Source of the DNA: Opitutales bacterium
Lineage (GTDB): Bacteria > Verrucomicrobiota > Verrucomicrobiia > Opitutales > UBA953
Direction of reading: 5' to 3'
Assembly (NCBI GenBank): GCA_040398005.1
Contig: JBBAUX010000007.1
Location: forward strand, 1 to 64,000
Length of the DNA stretch: 64,000 bases
Shown here: piece by piece, positions 39,452 to 49,652 of the stretch
Position numbering within the stretch: the stretch's first letter is position 1
Layout: every line of letters begins with the position of its first letter
Notes under the pieces: generated by a model
What the model was told of the DNA's origin: nothing
The model's database searches: none
What the model saw: the letters and a program-made list of their open reading frames with translations, nothing else
Program-made: the position numbers and the translations under genes

Positions 39452-42010
39452 ATCTAACTCGGGTCCTTGATTATTTTTTTCGGTCGGACTTTTAGCTGCA
39501 GGAGTATCAGTTTTCTTCTTCGCTACTTTAACGGGTACGGCAAGTTCACTGACGTCGGCCGTGGTGACGACCTGTTTATTGGGTAGGCCAACACCGGTTT
39601 CTAAACCGGATAAAATTTCACGTGCCCGCGATACCACACCAGGGGGCATTCCCGCTAATCGAGCGACTTGGATACCATACGAGCGATCCGCTGCGCCGGG
39701 AACGACTCGTCGGATAAAGACAATTTCATCCTGCCACTCTTTGACTGCTACCGACCAATTACGTAAACGACTCAACGATGAGGCTAATTGGGTTAATTCA
39801 TGATAGTGAGTAGCAAAGAGCGTTCGTGGTCCGGCCTTCTCTTTGCTATGTAAGTGTTCGGCTACCGCCCAGGCGATGCTGATGCCATCATAGGTGCTCG
39901 TGCCGCGACCGATTTCATCTAAAACAACCAAAGACTTAACCGTGGCATTATTTAAAATATTAGCGGTCTCATTCATCTCTACCATGAACGTAGAATTACC
40001 TCGTGCCAGTTCATCGGAAGCGCCGACGCGACAAAATACTCTGTCCACTAAACCGATGTGGGCTTCCGTGGCGGGCACCCAGCAGCCAATATGAGCGAGC
40101 AAAACAATCAGTGCGACCTGTCTAATGTACGTCGATTTCCCGGCCATGTTTGGGCCGGTGATTAATACGATTTGTTCTTTGCTCGATTGGAGATCGGTGT
40201 CGTTCGGCACAAAGGACCCTGCTCCGGGTCTGTTTTGTAAAACACGTTCAATCACTGGATGGCGGCCTTGTTTGATTTTGATAACGTCAGAATGGTCCAC
40301 GGTCGGACAGCACCAGTTGGACTCTCGTGCTAACTCAGCCCAGCCATGCAAGATATCCACTTCCGCCAATGTTTGTGCGGTCACCAAGAGCGATGAAGTT
40401 TTGGCCAGCACCTCGGAGAGTAAAATCTGGAACAAATCCAATTCACGCGAAAGCGCTTGTTCATCGGCTCGTAAGACTTCCCTTTCCTTTTTACGAAGTT
40501 CCTCGGTCGTATAACGCTCCGCATTCACCATCGTTTGTTTCCGAATATAGTCTGCGGGGACTTGGTCTAAATTTGATTTCGTTATTTCAATCGCATAGCC
40601 GAAGGCACCGTTATATTTTACTTTTAAATTCTTAATACCTGTCCGGGTTTGTTCCTGACGTTCAAAATCGGAAATCCAAGTTTTACTATCGGTGGCGAGC
40701 GAGCGCAGGCGATCGAGTTCAGAGTCAAAGCCCGTGCGGAGTGCCCCACCATCGGTTAAATCGATGGGCAATTCGTCCGCTAGCGCTTTTTCGAGTTTAA
40801 TTAATAGGTCATTTTCACAGTCAATTTTTTCGGCGTATAATTGAACGGCTGGATTAGGTAACGCGGCACATTCTTCTTTGAGGGCGGGGAATGCCTTGAG
40901 CGAATCGCGAATCCCACCCAGTTCGCGGGGGTTACGTAGTCGATTCTGTAAGCGGGCCAAAATTCTTGGAATATCACGTGTGTTACCCAGCAATTCGGCT
41001 ACGCGGGCGGAGGCTCCCGGGTGTTTGAAGAAACCCGTGACGGCATTCTGACGTTGCTGAATGATCGCTAAATCCGTCGATGGTTCAGTTAGCCAAAGAG
41101 CTAAAAGTCTCGCCCCGCCCGCGGTGCAGGTGCGATCGATGGAATCTAAAAGAGAGGTTTCTTTGGAGCCGTTAGTACTATTAAAGAGTTCAAGATTCTT
41201 GGCCGAGGCGGCATCGATAAGTACCGAGGAGCCAAGCTTGAGTTCCGTCACTTTGAAAAGATTTTGCGGACGACTACACAACGAGTCGGTCACGTATCCA
41301 AGCACCGCACCGGCGGCACCGAGTGCGTGATGAGCATCATTAATTCCAAAGCCGGCCAGGCTGTGCACCGAGAGTGTTTGGCAAACGAGCTGAAACCCTG
41401 CGGTGCTCTCAAAATTCCAACTCGGGAGGCGCGAGACTGAACGGCCCTCTAAAAAAATTTCGAGGTGTTGACTAAGCGCGGGATCCACTTCCAGATCTTC
41501 GGGTAATAATATTTCGCGCGGATTGATTGAATGCAAAAGTGACAACAAACGTTCCACTTGGGTGTCCGTCGCGATACGGAAATCGGCCGTTGAGACATCT
41601 AGCCAGGATGCGTGCCAACCTTGTTTATTCCAGTTGAGTGCTAAAAGGTAATTACCGCGACGTGAGTCTAATTGAGAATCTTCCAGTGCCGTTCCTGGTG
41701 TCAGAATGCGGGTGATACCACGACGTACTAATTTACCAGTGACGGGAGCTTCGAGCTGATCGCAGATGGCGACTTTCCAGCCAGCTGCGAGTAGCCGGTT
41801 AACGTAATTAGGTGCCGCATGGTAAGGCAATCCGGCCATAAGGGTCTCGTGGCGCTTGGTGAGGGTTAATCCAATGACCTTGGAGGCGGTCACCGCATCA
41901 TCGCCGAACACTTCGTAGAAATCGCCCAGTCGAAATAGCAAAAGAGTACCTGGTGCGAGTTTATCTCGCATTTCCCGGTATTGTTTTTGCATGGGGGTTT
42001 CTTTCTCCAC
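39440..42010 (-). CDS. mutS: DNA mismatch repair protein MutS
   Basis: TPMQKQY, FRLGDFYE, TGPNMAGKST, STFMVEM, LDEIGRGT, ATHYHEL, SYGIQVARLAG. Confidence 0.98.
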   Translation of the reverse strand: MEKETPMQKQYREMRDKLAPGTLLLFRLGDFYEVFGDDAVTASKVIGLTLTKRHETLMAGLPYHAAPNYVNRLLAAGWKVAICDQLEAPVTGKLVRRGITRILTPGTALEDSQLDSRRGNYLLALNWNKQGWHASWLDVSTADFRIATDTQVERLLSLLHSINPREILLPEDLEVDPALSQHLEIFLEGRSVSRLPSWNFESTAGFQLVCQTLSVHSLAGFGINDAHHALGAAGAVLGYVTDSLCSRPQNLFKVTELKLGSSVLIDAASAKNLELFNSTNGSKETSLLDSIDRTCTAGGARLLALWLTEPSTDLAIIQQRQNAVTGFFKHPGASARVAELLGNTRDIPRILARLQNRLRNPRELGGIRDSLKAFPALKEECAALPNPAVQLYAEKIDCENDLLIKLEKALADELPIDLTDGGALRTGFDSELDRLRSLATDSKTWISDFERQEQTRTGIKNLKVKYNGAFGYAIEITKSNLDQVPADYIRKQTMVNAERYTTEELRKKEREVLRADEQALSRELDLFQILLSEVLAKTSSLLVTAQTLAEVDILHGWAELARESNWCCPTVDHSDVIKIKQGRHPVIERVLQNRPGAGSFVPNDTDLQSSKEQIVLITGPNMAGKSTYIRQVALIVLLAHIGCWVPATEAHIGLVDRVFCRVGASDELARGNSTFMVEMNETANILNNATVKSLVVLDEIGRGTSTYDGISIAWAVAEHLHSKEKAGPRTLFATHYHELTQLASSLSRLRNWSVAVKEWQDEIVFIRRVVPGAADRSYGIQVARLAGMPPGVVSRAREILSGLETGVGLPNKQVVTTADVSELAVPVKVAKKKTDTPAAKSPTEKNNQGPELDLFG

Positions 42011-42087
42011 GACTTACAAGCCAATAGAGCCCAGCGATGTGAGCAAGAATGGATTAATCCTGGGCAGGACTAACCCAGTAAATTTGT

Positions 42088-43662
42088 TCACATTACCTGA
42101 GCAGCTAATTCGGAAAGTGCACTGCGTACGCCTTGGAGCAATCTGACATTAGCGGCGATACTATACCCTTTCATACGCTCGTGCGTGTGAATGAGGCCGT
42201 TAGATTTGCTGTCGAGGTAAGGAGTGTCGACCTGATCAAGGTCACCGATGAGGACTACTTTAGAGCCTTCGCCGATACGGGTAATCACGGTTTTAGCTTC
42301 ATGAGGGGTCATATTTTGCGCCTCATCCACAATCATGAACGCATGACCAATGGAACGACCGCGGATAAAGGTCATCGCTTCAATTTCGATTAAACCCGAA
42401 TCAATCAGCCATTGATAAGGTTTTCGGGGTTGTCCAATTTGCTGAAACTGTGAACCGAAAATAGGCTGGGCTGCTTTCATCGCCTGAGCCTTCTTCTGTT
42501 TTCGCTGCGAGTCTGTCGCGATGGGTAGTTTATTATTCGCTGGAACTTGAGCGGCTGCGGGAGCTCCGGTGCGCGAAAAGAGAACTTCTAAGTTATCGAA
42601 ATAAGGCTGAATATACGGAGACAGTTTTTCTTCTTTGGTTCCTGGGAGTGCTCCGATATCTTTACCAATTTGGACGACCGGACGTGACACATACAATTTC
42701 TTGTATGGTGAGAAATCGCTCAAGACCTGAGAAAGGGCGGCGGCGATGGATAAGAATGTCTTACCCGTGCCGGCCCGACCGAAGCAGGTCACTAATTTAA
42801 TATCGGGATTAAGCAGTGCATCGAGGAAGATCCACTGTTCGAAGTTTTTAGGTATGACACGCATGCCGCGAGGCATCTGTAATCCTTTGCGTGCTCCACT
42901 CGCTGTGGAAATAAATTCACGGTACAGACTCAGGGGGACAAACGCACCATCGCCCACGTGGCGGGCTGGCTCAGTCCAAGAATCCGAAGTGAGCACCACA
43001 TACTCATTAATGATGGGAGCTGGATCGTCTTTCTTGAAATTAATGGCGACTTGGGCGACATCACGGAAATCGCGCATGGCAGCTGCGGAAATGGGCACCG
43101 AACGATATTCACCATAATCACTGATCTCGATGCGGTCATTACGATAGTCTTGAACTTCGAGGCCGAGGGCTTGGGCCTTGAGTGCCATACAGGCGTCTTT
43201 GGTGACTAAGATGACTGAACCTTTAGAAGTATCGCGTAAGTAAAGTGCGGAGGCGATGATGCGGTGATCAGGGGCGTCGACCTGCATGAACACCGCGCGA
43301 AGGCGTTCGTTATTGGGACCCGTAAAGTGGTCACGAATTAAAGACTCATTAACAATAATTCTGAGCTCACCGCCATCACGTAAGTCGGCGTGTAATGCGC
43401 CAGGCCTAGTGACATCGCCTTCCACGATATCTTTTAGGTTCTTATTCTCAAAAAGAGAACGCACGGTGCGATTGACGCGCCGCGCGCTGGCACCTAACTG
43501 ACCCGGCTGGGTTTTGTGGCGATCCAGTTCGGAGAGTACTTCCACTGGGATTGCTACAATATGCTCATCAAACTTAAAGAGCGATTCTGGATCATGAATT
43601 AAAACATTCGTGTCCAAGACGTAGGTTTTCTTCACACGACGATACTCAGTTATTTTTTTCAC
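42088..43662 (-). CDS. PIN-domain PhoH-family ATPase (PhoH2/YlaK-like)
   Basis: VLDTNVL (PIN), VTKD, GRAGTGKT, LPGTKEEK, RGRS, VDEAQN, GDLDQ. Confidence 0.92.
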   Translation of the reverse strand: MKKITEYRRVKKTYVLDTNVLIHDPESLFKFDEHIVAIPVEVLSELDRHKTQPGQLGASARRVNRTVRSLFENKNLKDIVEGDVTRPGALHADLRDGGELRIIVNESLIRDHFTGPNNERLRAVFMQVDAPDHRIIASALYLRDTSKGSVILVTKDACMALKAQALGLEVQDYRNDRIEISDYGEYRSVPISAAAMRDFRDVAQVAINFKKDDPAPIINEYVVLTSDSWTEPARHVGDGAFVPLSLYREFISTASGARKGLQMPRGMRVIPKNFEQWIFLDALLNPDIKLVTCFGRAGTGKTFLSIAAALSQVLSDFSPYKKLYVSRPVVQIGKDIGALPGTKEEKLSPYIQPYFDNLEVLFSRTGAPAAAQVPANNKLPIATDSQRKQKKAQAMKAAQPIFGSQFQQIGQPRKPYQWLIDSGLIEIEAMTFIRGRSIGHAFMIVDEAQNMTPHEAKTVITRIGEGSKVVLIGDLDQVDTPYLDSKSNGLIHTHERMKGYSIAANVRLLQGVRSALSELAAQVM

Positions 43663-43681
43663 TGGAGCAATAAGTAAAAAA

Positions 43682-43987
43682 TTATTTCTGCAGGTCAGCG
43701 ATCCGTCTCAGGTATTCCCAACTGTAAATGCCGGTCTTGTGTCCGTCGCTAAACTCAAAGGTTACAGCATAGTTACCGATTCTTGTTAATTGCATGACGC
43801 TGACGCCTGGGAATTGTCGCGGGCCGTCCCCACCCCATCGCTTTCCAAGAATATCCACCTCGCCCATATTCTCGGCACTGGGTGAACGTTCCCGTAAAAA
43901 TTCCCCACTCAGAAAATGTTCCGTTTGATCAGTCCACTGGATGGCAATAAAGTCACCGACGATTTCAATTTTGTTTGGGGCGAGCAT
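43682..43987 (-). CDS. DUF971 (GBBH-like N-terminal) protein
   Basis: LRERSPSAE, GNYAV...FSDGHKTGIYSWEYL. Confidence 0.88.
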   Translation of the reverse strand: MLAPNKIEIVGDFIAIQWTDQTEHFLSGEFLRERSPSAENMGEVDILGKRWGGDGPRQFPGVSVMQLTRIGNYAVTFEFSDGHKTGIYSWEYLRRIADLQK

Positions 43988-44087
43988 TGATTACACTTAT
44001 AAATCAATTCTTTTTACCGGTCAGGCAACCCGTAAACCTCGGTGAACCCTTGACTAAATATGAGTTATAAGTGAGGTTCATTTATTC

Positions 44088-44690
44088 GTGACTCCATCGT
44101 TTGAAAAAGTTCGTCAGCTTCTTCGCCAACTCCCTGGCCTCGGTCACCGCTCGGCAGAAAGAATCGCACTCTATTTATTAGTTGAGAAGCCAGAAAAATT
44201 AGGCCCCATCCTCGAATCTCTCACGGCAGCCTCCAAACTGGTAAAGCGTTGTAACCGTTGTGGCAGTATCGCTGAAGGCGACCTTTGTGAGGTTTGCGTG
44301 GATCCCAAGCGCGAGGTCACCTCACTCTGCATCGTCGAGCAAGTGCCGGATTTGCTGGCGATCGAACGCTCCCAGGCCCACCGGGGCACCTACCATGTCC
44401 TCCACGGCCGACTTTCACCCATCAACGGCGTTGGTCCCGAACATTTAAATTTAGCGTCCCTCGAGAAGCGACTTAAAGACGAGCCGATCAGTGAAATCGT
44501 TCTCGCACTGGGTAATGATATCGAAGGCGAAGCGACCTGTCATTATATCCGTGAAAGCATCTCCAACGTTCGTGCCGGCATTAAAGTAAGTCGTATCGGC
44601 TTCGGACTACCCAGTGGCAGCGGCCTAACTTTTGCTGACTCCGCAACCCTGCGTAGTGCGCTGGAGGGTCGTCGCGATGTCGGAGACTAA
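44088..44690 (+). CDS. recR: Recombination mediator RecR
   Basis: LPGLG..SAERIA, C4 finger CNRC...CEVC, YHVLHG.LSP, EGEAT. Confidence 0.97.
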   Translation: MTPSFEKVRQLLRQLPGLGHRSAERIALYLLVEKPEKLGPILESLTAASKLVKRCNRCGSIAEGDLCEVCVDPKREVTSLCIVEQVPDLLAIERSQAHRGTYHVLHGRLSPINGVGPEHLNLASLEKRLKDEPISEIVLALGNDIEGEATCHYIRESISNVRAGIKVSRIGFGLPSGSGLTFADSATLRSALEGRRDVGD

Positions 44691-45843
44691 TCCGCTTAAT
44701 CAATACCCCGAAAGTGCCGAAAACTACTGGCTAAATTTCGCAGAACAAATCACGGGCTTAAAGGGCGAAGAGGCGTTGGAGAAAATGACTCCAGCTGTTG
44801 CCAGACTTTCTGATTTATTTACGGTTGATCGTCCTGAAAAGAAATTTCCTGATTATTTTTCGGATAACGAACTACTCTCTGCTTACGGTTTATTTTTCTT
44901 ACCGCAAAGTTTCGTTCGTACGACCTATGCCCTGCGATTTATCACTGAGGCCCGACAGTGGAAGGCACCGACTTCTCCGCTTCGCATTTTGGATCTGGGA
45001 TCAGGCCCAGGCTCCTGTGGCGTGGCCTGCGCTCATTATTTTAAAGAATTGGGCGTGAAAGAATTAGAATTAAACGCACTCGACCATTCAGCGACTGCTT
45101 TGGCGGCCCTTGAGCCATTGGCAGAAGCGGTTTTAGGTAATAAATACAGCGTTAAAACAAGGATTGGCGATGCCCACCGGGCCGACACTTGGCCAGAGGG
45201 CCCGTTTGACATCATCATCGCTGGCTTCGTGTTGAATGAAATGAAGTCGCTCAATCAGCCCGCCCTCGTCGAGTGGGTAGAGTCGATGAAAGATCGGCTT
45301 ACACCTGATGGACTTATTTTAATCTTAGAGCCGGCCCTGAAGATCACTTCGCAACGCTTACAGAAACTCAGCGATGAAATTGCGGCTCACGAAATCGTGA
45401 CCAGAATTGGACCAGAATTAGACGTCCACCCCTGTCCGCAACTCGCCGATGGCGTCCACTGGTCGCACGAGGTTCGTCACTGGCAAATCCCTTCCACCAC
45501 AGAATTTATTAATCGTAAGCTGCACCGCGATTTACGTGATGTGCGTTTTAGTTTTGCGGCTTTTTCCGATCAAAAGATTCCCCACCTAGATAGTTCTGCG
45601 GTACGAATTGTTTCGGATATTCAAATTATCAAAGGACTTCTTCGATTTATTGGAGTGCAAAACGGACAGTTACAAACGGTCGAAATCTCCACCCGTGGTC
45701 TATCCAAACATGACGTTAAGCTTTTGGCGGCGAAATTTGAACGTGGGGATATTGTCAGCCATGCTCAGCCGTCAGCACCCAAGGTCAGATTATTGAATAG
45801 CGCCGACCTAAAGATTGTCTGGGCTGCCCAACCAAGAAATTAA
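44677..45843 (+). CDS. Rsm22/METTL17-like SAM-dependent methyltransferase
   Basis: AY..FFLP, ILDLGSGPG, FVLNE, LILEP, CP...HWSH; start overlaps the recR end. Confidence 0.75.
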   Translation: MSETNPLNQYPESAENYWLNFAEQITGLKGEEALEKMTPAVARLSDLFTVDRPEKKFPDYFSDNELLSAYGLFFLPQSFVRTTYALRFITEARQWKAPTSPLRILDLGSGPGSCGVACAHYFKELGVKELELNALDHSATALAALEPLAEAVLGNKYSVKTRIGDAHRADTWPEGPFDIIIAGFVLNEMKSLNQPALVEWVESMKDRLTPDGLILILEPALKITSQRLQKLSDEIAAHEIVTRIGPELDVHPCPQLADGVHWSHEVRHWQIPSTTEFINRKLHRDLRDVRFSFAAFSDQKIPHLDSSAVRIVSDIQIIKGLLRFIGVQNGQLQTVEISTRGLSKHDVKLLAAKFERGDIVSHAQPSAPKVRLLNSADLKIVWAAQPRN

Positions 45844-45959
45844 CCGAAATCTCCCCATTTGTGACGGGAAAGTGACGGACTACGGGAAGATTTGGTCTTA
45901 AATTTGAAAATCGATGGTGTGATAGTGACAATGCTTTCACGAATAGTTATTGCTTAGAA

Positions 45960-48029
45960 ATGTTTAACCGTGAACTCAGCTGGCTTAGTTTTGACCGACG
46001 TGTGTTGGAGTTGGCGGAAGATCCCACGGTGCCACTTCTCGAGCGAGTACGCTTTCTTTCGATTGTTAGTTCTAATTTAGACGAGTTTTTTGAAATTCGT
46101 GTTGCCGGTATCATGCAACAGGAAGAATCGGCCAGCCACCCAGCGACTCGTGAATTTCTACAAGAAGTATTAAAACGTGCTCACAGTTTAGTGAGCGCAC
46201 AGCAGAGCTGCTGGAAGGAACTCATCGTACCCGCCCTCGCCAAGGAGGGTATCGAATACAAAATTAAGGGTCAGCTCACTAAGCCTGAGTTGCATGAACT
46301 TTCGGAAAGATTTGATAAAGATATTTTGCCGGCGTTGACCCCTCTGGCGATTGACCCCTCTCACCCTTTTCCTGTACTCACCAATAAAGGCCTTTATTTA
46401 TTAGCATTATTGAAAGACCCAGAGTCAGGCGAAACGCGTCGTGCGGTCGTCCCCGTCCCTCGTGTGCTACCGCGTATTTTAGCGCTTGGACCGACCAACA
46501 AGCGTTCATTCACGTTACTCAGTATCGTTACGCAAATTTTCATCGAACGACTTTTCCCAGGATTAGAACTCAAAGGATCGTGGGCTTTTCGCATTACGCG
46601 GAATAGTGATTTGTATGTCGACGAGGAAGAAGCGGTAAACCTGCTCGATGCGATTGAAGACGAAATTCGTAATTTACGAAAAGGTGCCCCCGTTCGACTG
46701 GAGATTGAAGACTCGGTGCCGAACGAAGAACTTACCTGGCTATTAAAATCCATCGGTCTAGGGGTCGATAACACCTTCCGCATTCAAGGCCCGATTAACA
46801 TGATGCGGTTAAGTAGTTTGATTGATCTCGTGAACCGTCCTGATCTTGTTTTCCCGAGCTTCTCTTCGGTAACTCCGACCGAACTGAGTGAGCCATCGAA
46901 GATTTTTTCAAAAATTTCCAAGGGCGATATCCTCCTTCATCATCCCTATGAATCATTTACCCCGGTGGTAGATTTACTACGGCAGGCCGCGAAAGATGAT
47001 TCGGTGGTGGCGATTAAATTAACCCTTTATCGAACCAGCGGTGACTCACCTATTGTGGAAGCCCTCAAGGAAGCCGCTCAAAACGGCAAACAAGTCACGG
47101 CTCTGGTCGAACTTCGTGCCCGCTTTGATGAGTTGAACAACATCGAATGGTCGCGCCAGTTACAAGAAGCGGGTGCTCACGTGGTTTACGGGCTCGCCGG
47201 ACTCAAGACGCACTGCAAAGCCTGCCTCATCATTCGTCAGGAAAAAACGGGCCTCAAACGTTATGTGCATTTGGGTACCGGAAATTATAATCCAAAGACC
47301 GCCCGGCTCTACACGGACTTTTCACTTTTCACGGCCGATGAAGAAATTACTTCTGAAGTAGGTTTATTATTTAATGTATTAACGGGGAATCTCGCTAAAC
47401 CAAAATTCAAGCACCTCCTCGTTGCGCCCTTCCACTTGCATCGTGGAATTATCGATTTAATTAATGCCGAAATTGCCGCAGCAAAAGCGGGCCGACCTGC
47501 TAAAATTTTCGCGAAGGTAAATAGTCTCGTGGATCCTGAAGTGATTACAGCGCTCTACGATGCTTCCAACGCGGGAGTTTCTATTCACTTAATTGTCCGA
47601 GGTATTTGTTGTCTTAAACCGGGTATTCCTGGTAAGAGCGAAAACATAAAAGTATTTAGCGTTTTAGGTCGCTTTTTAGAACACAGCAGACTGTTCCGTT
47701 TTGAGAATTCCAGCGGTGAACCGATTATTTTAATGGGCAGTGCTGACTGGATGCCGCGTAATTTCATGCGTCGAGTGGAGTGCGTATTCCCCATTAAGAA
47801 TAAAGCACTTCGATCACGTATCGAAAATGAAGTTTTAAAAGTTTACAGCGAGAAACTGGGCGATGTTAAGCAGCTCAATTCCGAGGGGCAGTATCTACCC
47901 TGCTCTCCCAAGGGACGCAGTGATACACAAGTTCAGGCAACCTTCTTAGACTTAGCTAAAAAACACTTAGTAGATAATATTAGCGCGGCAAAGAAGACCC
48001 CAGGCAAATCCGCTCGACGGCTCCGTTAA
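45960..48029 (+). CDS. ppk1: Polyphosphate kinase 1
   Basis: FNRELSWL.F..RVL, SNLDEFF, HPFP, HHPYESF, ARFDE..N, KTHCK, GTGNYN, GRFLEHSR, GSADWMPRN. Confidence 0.98.
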   Translation: MFNRELSWLSFDRRVLELAEDPTVPLLERVRFLSIVSSNLDEFFEIRVAGIMQQEESASHPATREFLQEVLKRAHSLVSAQQSCWKELIVPALAKEGIEYKIKGQLTKPELHELSERFDKDILPALTPLAIDPSHPFPVLTNKGLYLLALLKDPESGETRRAVVPVPRVLPRILALGPTNKRSFTLLSIVTQIFIERLFPGLELKGSWAFRITRNSDLYVDEEEAVNLLDAIEDEIRNLRKGAPVRLEIEDSVPNEELTWLLKSIGLGVDNTFRIQGPINMMRLSSLIDLVNRPDLVFPSFSSVTPTELSEPSKIFSKISKGDILLHHPYESFTPVVDLLRQAAKDDSVVAIKLTLYRTSGDSPIVEALKEAAQNGKQVTALVELRARFDELNNIEWSRQLQEAGAHVVYGLAGLKTHCKACLIIRQEKTGLKRYVHLGTGNYNPKTARLYTDFSLFTADEEITSEVGLLFNVLTGNLAKPKFKHLLVAPFHLHRGIIDLINAEIAAAKAGRPAKIFAKVNSLVDPEVITALYDASNAGVSIHLIVRGICCLKPGIPGKSENIKVFSVLGRFLEHSRLFRFENSSGEPIILMGSADWMPRNFMRRVECVFPIKNKALRSRIENEVLKVYSEKLGDVKQLNSEGQYLPCSPKGRSDTQVQATFLDLAKKHLVDNISAAKKTPGKSARRLR

Positions 48030-49182
48030 AGCCTTCTTTGTCTCCTAAGATATCCACTTCCATTCGAACATACATGAGTGGGAGTGAGGGACGGAAACGG
48101 GACTGCAGGCGTACTGCATCTTTCTCGGTGGTAACAATCACTTCGGCTTTAGCTTGGATGGCTGACTCTAAAACTTCATCTAAGTCTTCATCATTAAAGG
48201 CGTGGTGATCGAGGAATCGACGGTTGGAAACGATTTTTGCACCTTGAGCTAAGAGAGTTTCCTCAAATCTTTCGGGCGTCGCGATACCCGAGAAGGACGC
48301 AATGCGTTTTCCCGCTAAGAAACTGAGGGGTAAATGCTGAGTGCCATCGATTTCAATAAGCTCCTTGGCAATGTGTGCACAGGAAATGATTTCCACCTTA
48401 GGATTATGCTTTCGAATCAAAGCAACTAATTCTGGATCTGGTGCGCCCGTTGATTTCGTAAGAAAAATATAAGAGGCCCGACTTAAATTTTTAACCGGCT
48501 CACGCAGAATGCCACGGGGTAAGAGGCAACGATTTCCAAAAGGGTTCCGACTATCGACGAGCAGTAAATTGATCTGCCCGCTTAAGGGGAGGTATTGTAA
48601 ACCGTCGTCTAATAAAATAGTATCCACTCCGAATTGACGAAGTGCGAATCGGCCACCCTCGACGCGATTACGATCCACGATCACCACGACGCCGTACTGA
48701 ACTAAATTAGTCGCCAACATGAAAGGCTCATCCCCGGCCTCATCTGGCCCAGCGAGAACGCTTTTACCGTCGGATACTGTCAACGGATCGGGTCGACGGC
48801 CCTGCGTGAGCCAACGCCAAAATCTCTTTAACATCGAGTCACTGGCACCTTTATAACCTCGGGATAAAATAGCGACTTTGCGTCCACGTTGGGCGAGCAC
48901 TTGGGCCATTTTCATGACGACGGGCGTTTTTCCGGTGCCACCGACGGTTAAATTTCCAACCACGACTACTTTGCAGCCCAGGTGGGTGTCGCGGAAGAGT
49001 CTGTGACGATAAAGCCACAGTCGAAATTTTACGAGTACCTCAAATACGACAGAAAGTAGCCAGAGAATGTATCCCAGGAAAGTCGCGAATACCCCAGTTT
49101 TACGGTCATAAACGAGGTCAGTAGCGTATCCAGCAATGGCCTCACGAAGGGTCGAAAATATTCCTCGGTGCTTAGGTCTCAT
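47980..49182 (-). CDS. lpxK: Tetraacyldisaccharide 4'-kinase
   Basis: [41 protein letters not shown]. Confidence 0.96.
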   Translation of the reverse strand: MRPKHRGIFSTLREAIAGYATDLVYDRKTGVFATFLGYILWLLSVVFEVLVKFRLWLYRHRLFRDTHLGCKVVVVGNLTVGGTGKTPVVMKMAQVLAQRGRKVAILSRGYKGASDSMLKRFWRWLTQGRRPDPLTVSDGKSVLAGPDEAGDEPFMLATNLVQYGVVVIVDRNRVEGGRFALRQFGVDTILLDDGLQYLPLSGQINLLLVDSRNPFGNRCLLPRGILREPVKNLSRASYIFLTKSTGAPDPELVALIRKHNPKVEIISCAHIAKELIEIDGTQHLPLSFLAGKRIASFSGIATPERFEETLLAQGAKIVSNRRFLDHHAFNDEDLDEVLESAIQAKAEVIVTTEKDAVRLQSRFRPSLPLMYVRMEVDILGDKEGFNGAVERICLGSSLPR

Positions 49183-49250
49183 AGGCGTAAACTATGCAAA
49201 CTTGTTTGACGCAGGCAGGCAACCCGATTGAGAAGGGACGCATCGAGTCT

Positions 49251-49652
49251 ATGCTCTATCACCTCTTACGCACCAAGTTACTGCGCGCTGAAGTCACCGG
49301 TGCCCGCATCGATTATGAGGGTTCTTTAGCCATGGACAGCGAATTAATGGCCTTAGTGGGCATGCTTCCCTACGAGAAAATTTTAGTGGGCAATATCGAG
49401 AATGGTGAGCGATTTGAGACCTATGCAATCCCCGCTCCAGCTGGTTCGCGACAGATTTGCCTCAACGGTGCGACCGCCCACTTGGGTAAAGTAGGTGACT
49501 TATTAGTAGTCATGACCTTTGCTGAGGTCACACCCGAGGAGGCTAAATCCTGGCATCCCAAAACCGTTACCCTTTCCCACCAGAACAAAAAAGTTGTTCG
49601 AATCGAAAACCCCGACGTCTCCCAAGACCTTCTCAATACTTTCCAAAAATGA
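49251..49652 (+). CDS. panD: Aspartate 1-decarboxylase proenzyme
   Basis: YEG|S self-cleavage site at G24-S25 counting from this start; NGERFETY, LNGA. Confidence 0.93.
   Translation: MLYHLLRTKLLRAEVTGARIDYEGSLAMDSELMALVGMLPYEKILVGNIENGERFETYAIPAPAGSRQICLNGATAHLGKVGDLLVVMTFAEVTPEEAKSWHPKTVTLSHQNKKVVRIENPDVSQDLLNTFQK

Noticed and set aside
46394..46783. Long antisense ORFs inside ppk1, mutS, mreB, topB, phoH and others
   Set aside because: They are Ser/Thr/Pro-rich shadows of well-supported genes, as expected from codon bias, with no independent signal
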